Positions 57,191-64,000 of a stretch of DNA of 64,000 nucleotides are shown here, one piece after another. The DNA comes from Acidobacteriota bacterium (GTDB lineage Bacteria > Acidobacteriota > Thermoanaerobaculia > Gp7-AA8). Location: assembly GCA_021325515.1 (NCBI GenBank), contig JAJPHC010000030.1, forward strand, positions 78,976-142,975, read 5' to 3'. Within the stretch, counting starts at the first letter, position 1. Every line of letters begins with the position of its first letter. The notes beneath the pieces were generated by a model that did not search any database, was not told the DNA's origin, and saw only the letters and a program-made list of their open reading frames with translations. Both the position numbers and the translations under genes were made by a program.

Positions 57191-57958
57191 ATGTCCGTAC
57201 GTGCCGCTCAGGCGCTTTATCACCGGTTGATTCCCGCCTCGATCCGCAATCCGATCGGCGCATTCCGGCGCCGCCTCGGCGATCGTGTGCGCCGGGCGAG
57301 CGTGCCGTATCCGCTTCCCCCTGCGCGGCTTCTGCGCAATGTGCAGCTCACGCCCTACGTCAAGGAGTACCTCTCGGTGGGCCGCAAGTCGGCCGAATCG
57401 ATCATCGCCGCGCTCGCTTCGCGGAGCCCGGCTCGCGTGCTCGATTTCGGATGCGGCTCGGCACGCACGCTGCGGCATCTGCGCAACACGGGATGGGAGC
57501 TATACGGCTGCGACATCGACGCGGACGCGATCGCGTGGTCGCGCAGCGCACTTCCCTTCGCGCGCTTCGATGTCAACGGCGCGGAACCGCCACTCCCCTA
57601 CGCCGGCGCGTTGTTCGACGCCGTCTACACGATCTCCGTCTTCACGCATTTCCCGCCGGGACAGCAGGAGCGCTGGGCTGCCGAGATGGCGCGCGTGCTG
57701 CGCACCGGCGGAACGCTCGTCGTCTCGAGCGTTGGCTTCACGGCACTCCAGGCATTCGCGGGCAGCGCGGAGAATCTCGCGCAACTGGAGGCGGAGGGAA
57801 CCTTGTTCATCCGCGGCACCGAGGAGTTCAACGCGAGCGGCATGTACCACGCGCGGGCCGGACTCGAGCGGCTCTTCGGCCCTCACTTCACGATGGATGT
57901 CCACGAGGAGCGCGGGCTGGATGGCTTTCAGGATCTGACGATCTTCACGCGCCGGTAG
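57191..57958 (+). CDS. Class I SAM-dependent methyltransferase
   Basis: Motif I VLDFGCGSARTL. The start was set at the internal ATG. The 3' end overlaps the convergent GT2 gene by 14 nt. Confidence 0.65.
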   Translation: MSVRAAQALYHRLIPASIRNPIGAFRRRLGDRVRRASVPYPLPPARLLRNVQLTPYVKEYLSVGRKSAESIIAALASRSPARVLDFGCGSARTLRHLRNTGWELYGCDIDADAIAWSRSALPFARFDVNGAEPPLPYAGALFDAVYTISVFTHFPPGQQERWAAEMARVLRTGGTLVVSSVGFTALQAFAGSAENLAQLEAEGTLFIRGTEEFNASGMYHARAGLERLFGPHFTMDVHEERGLDGFQDLTIFTRR

Positions 57959-58844
57959 TGCTCTCTCCTCGAATCAGTCCCCAGACGATTCCGCAGAAAT
58001 ACGTCGCGTGATGTGCCGCGAAGGCGGCCGGGATCACCGGCCAGTAGCGCAGCGGCAGGCGCGTATGGCGTGCGCCGAGAATGAGCGTGGCGATGACGTA
58101 GAGCGGCAGGGACACGGGAAGGGCGAGCAATCCGATCAGACCCAGCAGCAGGAACGCGCGCACTTTCGGCGGTCTGATTCCGCGCTCGCGCATCATCCGT
58201 CCGGTCTTCACGCGATAACGCCAGCGCTGCGCGAGATACGCGCCGGGAAACGCGCGGCGGCGATGGAAGACTCGCACCGTGTCGCTGTAGACGGCGTGCG
58301 GCAGCAGTTGCGTGAGCAATGCGGTGTCCTCGCCGATGTAGCCGATCGATTCGTCGAAGCCGGTGAATGCCGAGCGGCGCACGAAGAGATTCACCAGCGC
58401 GATATCGCTGGGATGCTGCAGAGGGAACGTTCCGCGCCGGTTCTCATGCGCCGCGACGCCGCTGCCGATGAGCGGCGTGGCGAGGAGCGTGTCGGAGATC
58501 AATTCGGCAATCGACGAGTCCGGCGGCGCGGGATCGGGACCGCCCAGCGCGAGCACGTCGGGATGCTCGTCGAGATACCGCACGGCATTCGCCAGCCAGT
58601 GCGGATCGGCGATCGCATCGTCGTCGATGAACGCCAGCAGCTCCCCCTCGGCGACGGAAGCTGCTCGATTTCTTCGAGTTGCGGGATTACGATTCGCCTC
58701 GACGACGTTTCGTACGCCGGTTCGTGCACACTCGGGAAGAGGCGCCGCCGACACGACGATCAACTCGTACGGAAATGCGGCTTCCTGATTGAGTACCGAC
58801 GCGATGGCTCGTTCCGCGTCGCCGCCGACCCGCTCCACTGGCAT
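57945..58844 (-). CDS. Family 2 glycosyltransferase (GT-A); N-terminus abuts or overlaps the heptamer-repeat element
   Basis: VSVIMPV(E)R...LNQ...ELIVVSAA...FIDDDA (DxD). The only in-frame ATG is the M in VSVIMPV. Upstream in-frame sequence is the repeat translated as FNFQFSIS. Confidence 0.65.
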   Translation of the reverse strand: MPVERVGGDAERAIASVLNQEAAFPYELIVVSAAPLPECARTGVRNVVEANRNPATRRNRAASVAEGELLAFIDDDAIADPHWLANAVRYLDEHPDVLALGGPDPAPPDSSIAELISDTLLATPLIGSGVAAHENRRGTFPLQHPSDIALVNLFVRRSAFTGFDESIGYIGEDTALLTQLLPHAVYSDTVRVFHRRRAFPGAYLAQRWRYRVKTGRMMRERGIRPPKVRAFLLLGLIGLLALPVSLPLYVIATLILGARHTRLPLRYWPVIPAAFAAHHATYFCGIVWGLIRGESTTGA

Positions 58845-58864
58845 GATGACGGAGACTCGAAGAG

Positions 58865-58941
58865 TCGAAATTGAAAATTGAAAATTGAAAATTGAAAATT
58901 CGCTCCGTCCCCCATTTTCAATTTTCAATTTCCAATTTTCA
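58865..58941. repeat. Heptamer (GAAAATT)n palindromic hairpin, second copy of the 38216-38302 element family, filling the divergent GT2/GT2 intergenic region
   Basis: Read directly: tcgaaattgaaaattgaaaattgaaaat tcgctccgtccccc attttcaattttcaatttccaattttcaatttcga. Confidence 0.6.
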
Positions 58942-58968
58942 ATTTCGATTCGCGAAGAACTGAGAAAA

Positions 58969-60192
58969 ATGAAGCTCATTGTTCAAATCCCTGCTTTCAA
59001 TGAAGAGGGCACGATCGCGGCCACGCTCCGCGACATCCCGAAGAAGATCGACGGCATCACCTCGATCGAAACGCTGGTCATCGATGATGGCAGCAGCGAC
59101 AAGACGGTGGACGCAGCGCGCAAGGCCGGCGCGAATCACGTCGTGCAGCTGAAGACGCATCGCGGACTCTCCTCCGCCTTCGTCGCCGGCATCGACGCCG
59201 CGCTTCGCCTCGGCGCCGACGTCATCGTCAACACCGACGCCGACAATCAGTACGCCGCCGCCGACATCGCCAAGCTCGTCGCGCCGATCGTCAAGGGCAC
59301 GGCGGAAGTCGTCGTCGGCGATCGCGAGGTGGCGAATTCGCCGCACATGTCCGGATTCAAGCGCATGCTGCAGCGCCTTGGAAGCTGGACCGTGAGCCTC
59401 GCCTCCGGCATCGACGTCGCCGACGTCACCAGCGGCTTCCGCGCCTTCTCGCGCGAAGCGGCGATGCGGATCAACGTCTTCAACCCATTCACCTACACGC
59501 TCGAGACCATCATTCAATCCGGCAACCACAACCTCGGCGTGCAATCGGTCGCGGTGCGGACGAACGCGCCGACGCGTCCCTCGCGTCTCTATCGCGGCAT
59601 CGGGACGTACCTGCGCAAGTCGGTCGCGACGATCTTCCGCATCTCCACCGTCTATCGCCCCCTCAAGACGTTTGCCTGGCTCGGCTTCGCACTCGTCTTC
59701 GCCGGCGTTCTCCTCGGAATGCGCTTCGTCTGGGCATTCTTCTACGGAAATCGCGCCGGCCATGTGCAGTCGCTCATCCTCTGCGCCGTCTTTCTCGTCA
59801 CCGGATTCCAGACGTGGCTCATCGCGCTCGTCGCGGACCTCATCGCCGTGAATCGACGGATCAGCGAAGACGTGCTGCTGCGGTTGAAGCGGATGGAGAT
59901 GGCGCAGGAGCAGCGGAGGCCGCGGCGCGATCGCGATCGCGATCGAGACCGCGACAGGGAGCGCGAGCAGCGACCGCGTCCCCAACCAGCCGTTGCACCT
60001 CCGCCCCCGAAGGAGCCGGAGACGCAGTGGGTCTGGCTGCACGAGCCGGAGCAGGCGGAAGAGATTCCGGCCGTCGAAGAGAGTCCGGCGCCGGGCGGAG
60101 CACCCAGCGGAGGACGCAGGCGCCGCAGACGGCGCGGTGGTCCGCGCAATCATCCGGAGCTGCCGGGCAATCGCGGCAAGCACCTCGAGTAG
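58969..60192 (+). CDS. GT2 polyprenyl-phosphate sugar synthase-like glycosyltransferase (DPM1/GtrB-like) with C-terminal TM helices and an Arg/Asp-rich disordered tail
   Basis: MKLIVQIPAFNEEGTIAATL...LVIDDGSSDKT...VNTDADNQY (DPM1-like blocks). The tail is RRPRRDRDRDRDRDREREQRPRP...GGRRRRRRRGGPR. Confidence 0.75.
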   Translation: MKLIVQIPAFNEEGTIAATLRDIPKKIDGITSIETLVIDDGSSDKTVDAARKAGANHVVQLKTHRGLSSAFVAGIDAALRLGADVIVNTDADNQYAAADIAKLVAPIVKGTAEVVVGDREVANSPHMSGFKRMLQRLGSWTVSLASGIDVADVTSGFRAFSREAAMRINVFNPFTYTLETIIQSGNHNLGVQSVAVRTNAPTRPSRLYRGIGTYLRKSVATIFRISTVYRPLKTFAWLGFALVFAGVLLGMRFVWAFFYGNRAGHVQSLILCAVFLVTGFQTWLIALVADLIAVNRRISEDVLLRLKRMEMAQEQRRPRRDRDRDRDRDREREQRPRPQPAVAPPPPKEPETQWVWLHEPEQAEEIPAVEESPAPGGAPSGGRRRRRRRGGPRNHPELPGNRGKHLE

Positions 60193-60211
60193 AGATCGGA
60201 GCGCGGCGCGC

Positions 60212-61009
60212 TTACGCGTACGCGTTGCAGAAGTGTGCGGCGAGCTCGCCCGCCAGCGACAGCTCCTTCGGCACCGTGATCAGCGGATGAATCGCGTTGA
60301 AGGTGTGCGTGCCGTTGCCGATGATCATCTTCGATACATCGATGGCGCGCGCCGCGATCCGATCCGCTTCCGCGACCGGCACGCTCTCATCGCGCCCGCC
60401 GTGGACGACGAACAGCGGCACGTGCAGGCGCGACACGGCGGCACCGATGTCGAGCCGCGCGCCGTTCGCTTCGACGTCGTCGAGCATCCGCGTCGACATC
60501 CGCATCACCTGCTTCGTCCTCGCGTTCACGACGTCCAGGAACCCTTCGCGGCGCCACTGCGCGATCGTCGGGGCGTCCCAGCGATCGACGTGTGAGATCG
60601 CGTTCCAGGTGATCACGCCCGCCAGCTCTTCAATCTCCCCGGCCGCGAGCAGCGCGACGCCGCCCCCGCGCGAATGGCCGAGGAGGAAGGTGGGGAGCGT
60701 CGGGAACTGCGAGCGGCAATAGCGCGCCACCGTGCGGAGGTCGGCAACCTGCGCGGAGTACGTGTCGCCGGCGAAGAGATCGAGTCGATCGAATTCATCG
60801 CCACGGCCGCCGATGCCGCAGCGCGACATGTTGAAGCGGCAGACCGCGAGCTCATGCTTCGCGAGATGCTCCGCGAGCCAGGGAAAGAAGCCCCAGTCCA
60901 TGAAGCCCTTGAATCCATGAACGACGATGACCAGCGACCGCGGATGCAGCGGAAGCGTCAGCTCGCCGTGGATCTCGAGCCCCTCGTCGGATTGAAGAAC
61001 GAATTTCAT
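60212..61009 (-). CDS. Alpha/beta hydrolase
   Basis: Nucleophile elbow GHSRGG. The start was set at the internal ATG (MKFVLQSDEG), downstream of the palindromic element. Confidence 0.6.
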   Translation of the reverse strand: MKFVLQSDEGLEIHGELTLPLHPRSLVIVVHGFKGFMDWGFFPWLAEHLAKHELAVCRFNMSRCGIGGRGDEFDRLDLFAGDTYSAQVADLRTVARYCRSQFPTLPTFLLGHSRGGGVALLAAGEIEELAGVITWNAISHVDRWDAPTIAQWRREGFLDVVNARTKQVMRMSTRMLDDVEANGARLDIGAAVSRLHVPLFVVHGGRDESVPVAEADRIAARAIDVSKMIIGNGTHTFNAIHPLITVPKELSLAGELAAHFCNAYA

Positions 61010-61013
61010 CAGG

Positions 61014-61080
61014 TGTGCGTGTAGGACAGGCGCCCTCGCCTGTCGGTCCCATGGACAGGCGAGGGCGCCTGTCCTACACG
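61014..61080. repeat. Composite palindromic element with two GACAGGCG-N4-CGCCTGTC units (copy of the 47537-47623 family), immediately 3' of the ychF stop
   Basis: Read directly: gtgtgcgtgtaggacaggcgccctcgcctgtc ggtcccatg gacaggcgagggcgcctgtcctacacg. Confidence 0.55.
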
Positions 61081-62168
61081 TTGAATCGGAACAGGATGAC
61101 GTCGCCGTCCTGCACCTCGTAGTCCTTCCCTTCGCTGCGCATCTTACCCGCGGCCTTCGCACCCTGCTCCCCGCCGAACGCGACGTAATCGTCGTAGGCG
61201 ATGGTCTCCGCGCGAATGAAGCCCCGCTCGAAATCGCTGTGGATCACGCCGGCCGCCTGCGGCGCCTTGTCGCCGCGATGAATCGTCCAGGCGCGCGCCT
61301 CTTTCGGCCCCGCGGTGAAGTAGGTCTCGAGATTCAGCAGCTTGTAGGCGGCGCGCACGAGAAGGTCGAGGCCCGGTTCCGGCAGCCCCATTTCCGTCAG
61401 GAAATCCTTCCGTTCCTCGGGCGGAAGCTGCGAGATCTGCGCTTCGAGCTCGCCGCAGATCACGACGATCTCGCCGCCCTTCGCCTTCGCCACTGCGCGC
61501 ACCTTCTGCAGGAGCGGAGTCTCGCGGCCGAGATCGCCTTCGGCGACATTCGCGACGTAGAGCACCGGCTTGAGCGTGATGAGATTCAGTTCGCGCAACG
61601 CCTCGCGTTCTTCATCGTTGAATGAGAGCGCGCGCAGCGGAGTGCCTTCGTTGGCGGCAGCGATCGCTTTCGTGAGTGCGTCGGCGGCGGCCTGCGCGTC
61701 CTTCTGTCCGACGCGGGCGAGCCGCACGACCTTGTCGGCGCGCTTCTGCAGCGCGTCGAGGTCGGCGAGCAGCAGCTCGGTCTCGATGATCTCGATGTCA
61801 CGCTCCGGATCGACGGAGGTCTCGACATGCACGACGTTCGGATCTTCGAAGCAGCGGACGACATGCAGGATCGCGTCGGTCTCTCTGATGTTCGCCAGGA
61901 ACTGATTGCCGAGCCCTTCACCTTTGCTCGCGCCGCGAACGAGACCGGCGATGTCGACCACGCGCAGATCGGTGTAGATGGTCTGCCTGCTCTGCGCGAG
62001 CTCGGCGAGCTTGTCGAGGCGCTTGTCGACGACCGGCACGATGCCGACGTTCGGCTCGATCGTGCAGAACGGATAGTTCGCGCTCTGCGCTCCCGCTGCA
62101 GTCAATGCGTTGAAGATGGTTGATTTGCCGACGTTCGGCAGTCCGACGATGCCTACACTGAGTCCCAT
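61074..62168 (-). CDS. ychF: Ribosome-binding ATPase YchF (Obg-family GTPase/ATPase)
   Basis: MGLSVGIVGLPNVGKSTIFNALT P-loop, a TGS domain C-terminus, 364 aa. Confidence 0.9.
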   Translation of the reverse strand: MGLSVGIVGLPNVGKSTIFNALTAAGAQSANYPFCTIEPNVGIVPVVDKRLDKLAELAQSRQTIYTDLRVVDIAGLVRGASKGEGLGNQFLANIRETDAILHVVRCFEDPNVVHVETSVDPERDIEIIETELLLADLDALQKRADKVVRLARVGQKDAQAAADALTKAIAAANEGTPLRALSFNDEEREALRELNLITLKPVLYVANVAEGDLGRETPLLQKVRAVAKAKGGEIVVICGELEAQISQLPPEERKDFLTEMGLPEPGLDLLVRAAYKLLNLETYFTAGPKEARAWTIHRGDKAPQAAGVIHSDFERGFIRAETIAYDDYVAFGGEQGAKAAGKMRSEGKDYEVQDGDVILFRFNV

Positions 62169-62205
62169 GCGAGGCGAACCAACCTCGCGCGGCGCGCCCG
62201 CATTC

Positions 62206-63135
62206 CTACCGCCGCGCCATCTCCGTCGCGCCGATCAATCCGACTCGCGGATTCGCGATGAGATTCACCGGAATCCCGCGCAGGATCTCGCGGAAGCGTC
62301 CCTTGCGCAGGAAGGCTTCCATGAACCGGCCGTCCGTGAACCACTCCACATTGCGCGCCGCGATGCCCCCGGCGAGGAACACCCCTCCGCGCGTCAGCGC
62401 TCTCAGCGCCATGTTCCCCGCCTCCGCACCATAGATGTCGATGAAGATCGCGACCGCGCGGCGCGCGGCATCATCACCGCGCTGATAGGCCGCGGCGATC
62501 TCCGCCGGCAGCACATCGTCATACTCCCGATCGACGCCGTTCACGAAGTTGTGGATGTTCACGAGCCCCATTCCGGAGACCAGCCGCTCCCAGCTCACGT
62601 GTCCGAGCTTCGCATGCAGATAGAGGAAGAGGCGCGCCTGCTCTTCGTCCTGCGGCGCGAAGTCGGCATGGCCGCCTTCCGATGCCAGCACGTTCCAACG
62701 CGCACCGTCGTGGATCACCACCGCTTCGCCGAGACCGGTGCCGGCGCCGACGATGCCGATCGGCGCGGCCGCCAGGCGCGTTCCCTTCTGAATCGGCGTG
62801 ACGTCGTTCTCGGCGAGAAGCGGCACGCCGAGCGCGACCGCTTCGAAATCGTTGATGAGCGAGACGCGGCCGATCGAGAAGTCGTGCGCGAGCGCATCCG
62901 CGTTCATCGACCAGCGCAGATTCGTCACCGACGCCGTACGGCCGAGGACCGGACCGGCGACGGCAAAGCAGGCGGAATCGACGGGCGAGGCCGCGCGCGA
63001 GAGGAAATCGCGCAGCAGCTCATCGAACGTCGCATACGCTCCGCTCTCGTAACGCCGTTCGATCGAGACCCCATCCTCCCCGACCAGTTGAAGCAGTGTC
63101 TTCGTCCCACCAATATCCCCAGCAATGACGCGCAT
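62206..63135 (-). CDS. glk: Glucokinase (Glk family)
   Basis: RVIAGDIGGTKT N-terminal phosphate-1 motif. The ATG at 63135 is preceded by a GGGAG RBS that lies inside the large palindrome. Confidence 0.7.
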   Translation of the reverse strand: MRVIAGDIGGTKTLLQLVGEDGVSIERRYESGAYATFDELLRDFLSRAASPVDSACFAVAGPVLGRTASVTNLRWSMNADALAHDFSIGRVSLINDFEAVALGVPLLAENDVTPIQKGTRLAAAPIGIVGAGTGLGEAVVIHDGARWNVLASEGGHADFAPQDEEQARLFLYLHAKLGHVSWERLVSGMGLVNIHNFVNGVDREYDDVLPAEIAAAYQRGDDAARRAVAIFIDIYGAEAGNMALRALTRGGVFLAGGIAARNVEWFTDGRFMEAFLRKGRFREILRGIPVNLIANPRVGLIGATEMARR

Positions 63136-63142
63136 CCACACT

Positions 63143-63253
63143 CCCGTTAAGTTGGTTTTCGGGGGTCACACCTGGAAAATCAATTTAACTCGGCACCGGT
63201 GACCGCCGTTAAGTTGATTTTCCAGGTGTGACCCCCGAAAACCAACTTAACGG
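63143..63253. repeat. 111-bp perfect-arm inverted repeat (47-bp arms, one mismatch; 17-nt loop); each arm is itself internally palindromic
   Basis: Left arm cccgttaagttggttttcgggggtcacacctggaaaatcaatttaac. Loop tcggcaccggtgaccgc. Right arm cgttaagttgattttccaggtgtgacccccgaaaaccaacttaacggg. It fills the divergent glk / XRE-regulator intergenic region. Confidence 0.65.
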
Positions 63254-63258
63254 GTTGG

Positions 63259-63744
63259 TTGAACTCAAGAAAGGTGGATGAACGGATTGCTGCCTCGGAG
63301 GAAAAAGTACGTTACACTTCGGCATATTCCATGGTCGGGACCCGAATCCGCGAACTCCGCTCAGCCCGCGGTTTGTCGCTCAGCGAAGTAGCACATCAAG
63401 CCTCAATCAGCGCGGCCACACTCTCCCGGATCGAGACCGGCAAGCAGAACATCGACGTCGGTCTGATGACCCTGATCGCAAAGGTGCTGCACGTCTCTCC
63501 CCACGACTTCCTCGAGAAGCAGGGGCAGGACGAACAGAACCTCGTCGAGAGGATCGCGACGCTCCAGCCGAACGACCGCGCGCGGATCTGGCGTGAAGCC
63601 GGCAGCCGGCGCAAGCGCGACAAGCAGACGCGCGGGTACGAAGAAATCGCGTCGCAGCTGGAGGAAGTCCTGGCGCAAATCGATTTCCTCAGAACCGAGG
63701 TCGAGCGCCTCTGCATCGGATTGCGCACGCAGCGGCGGAAGTAA
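63259..63744 (+). CDS. XRE-family helix-turn-helix transcriptional regulator with a C-terminal coiled-coil-like region
   Basis: HTH_XRE signature IRELRSARGLSLSEVAHQASISAATLSRIETGKQN. An alternative start is the ATG at 63331. Confidence 0.6.
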   Translation: MNSRKVDERIAASEEKVRYTSAYSMVGTRIRELRSARGLSLSEVAHQASISAATLSRIETGKQNIDVGLMTLIAKVLHVSPHDFLEKQGQDEQNLVERIATLQPNDRARIWREAGSRRKRDKQTRGYEEIASQLEEVLAQIDFLRTEVERLCIGLRTQRRK

Positions 63745-63756
63745 GGCCAGTCGAAA

Positions 63757-64000
63757 TCAACGGGATGACGTCTCTCCCGGAGGAAATCCGAAACTGATGC
63801 GCACCGCCGCATACTCGCGATGAACCTTGCCGTCGATGCAGCGAACGGTTAGAGGCGATTCGACCGCCAGCGGCTGACCGACAGCCAGATCTTCCCTCCG
63901 CATCGCGCCGAACAGCGAGATCAGCGGCATCTCCCCTTCCTTGAAGATGATGTCGCGTCTGCGCAGCAGGACCAGCCCGCTGTCCTCCAGCGCGCGATCG
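63757..64000 (-). CDS. Partial CDS (3' end only; gene continues beyond the window); possible PilZ- or cNMP-binding-like fold
   Basis: An open minus-strand frame runs from the window end to a TGA at 63757-63759 (…DIIFKEGEMPLISLFGAMRRED…). Confidence 0.35.
   Translation of the reverse strand, partial: DRALEDSGLVLLRRRDIIFKEGEMPLISLFGAMRREDLAVGQPLAVESPLTVRCIDGKVHREYAAVRISFGFPPGETSSR

Noticed and set aside
1-64000. Integrase, transposase, rRNA or prophage genes
   Set aside because: I did not recognise any in the six frames. The mobile-looking elements here are all non-coding repeats.

Overview
This is a high-GC (~68%) chromosomal window from a bacterium. The content (Nar, alternative complex III, NnrS, many secreted peptidases) suggests a soil Acidobacteria- or Gemmatimonadetes-like organism, but this cannot be confirmed from sequence alone. 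Main content by position:

- 1-4981: a 5'-truncated narGHJI respiratory nitrate reductase operon (copy 1).
- 5047-9969: a large M4 metalloprotease, a hypothetical protein and an M48 peptidase.
- 10106-12090: a Crp/Fnr regulator and an NnrS-like membrane protein, divergent from the next operon.
- 12283-26470: a ~14 kb co-directional, translationally coupled array. It encodes a dihaem cytochrome c, a second, divergent narGHJI copy, and a complete alternative complex III set (actA, actB, a fused actC-actD, actE, actF).
- 26504-28626: a small region next to tRNA-Arg(CCG) holding an FHA-GGDEF protein, a methyltransferase remnant and a vapBC toxin-antitoxin pair.
- 28687-48663: housekeeping and accessory genes. 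These include an M1 aminopeptidase, an alpha/beta hydrolase, a glycogen-debranching-type enzyme, rsgA, two receiver-only response regulators, an M49-like peptidase, a 1265-aa PAS-GGDEF-EAL protein, a DSD1-family PLP enzyme, dinB, a DapB-like oxidoreductase, a frameshifted RelE/ParE toxin with an intact antitoxin, and a protein made of five cysteine/WG repeats.
- 48716-60192: a rhodanese, then a cluster rich in radical SAM enzymes (one B12-binding, two SPASM-type), three glycosyltransferases (GT4, GT2, a DPM1-like GT2), two SAM methyltransferases, an FNT channel and an OmpA lipoprotein.
- 60212-64000: an alpha/beta hydrolase, ychF, glk, an XRE regulator and a partial gene at the window edge.

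Several families of structured intergenic repeats also stand out. These are long palindromes built from tandem 7-8-mers, a recurring GACAGGCG hairpin unit, a GC-rich CGAGCCCGCGCAACCAC family at gene 3' ends, and a 47-bp-arm perfect inverted repeat. No CRISPR array, rRNA, integrase or transposase was seen. All coordinates come from manual reading plus the supplied ORF track, so start codons are approximate.
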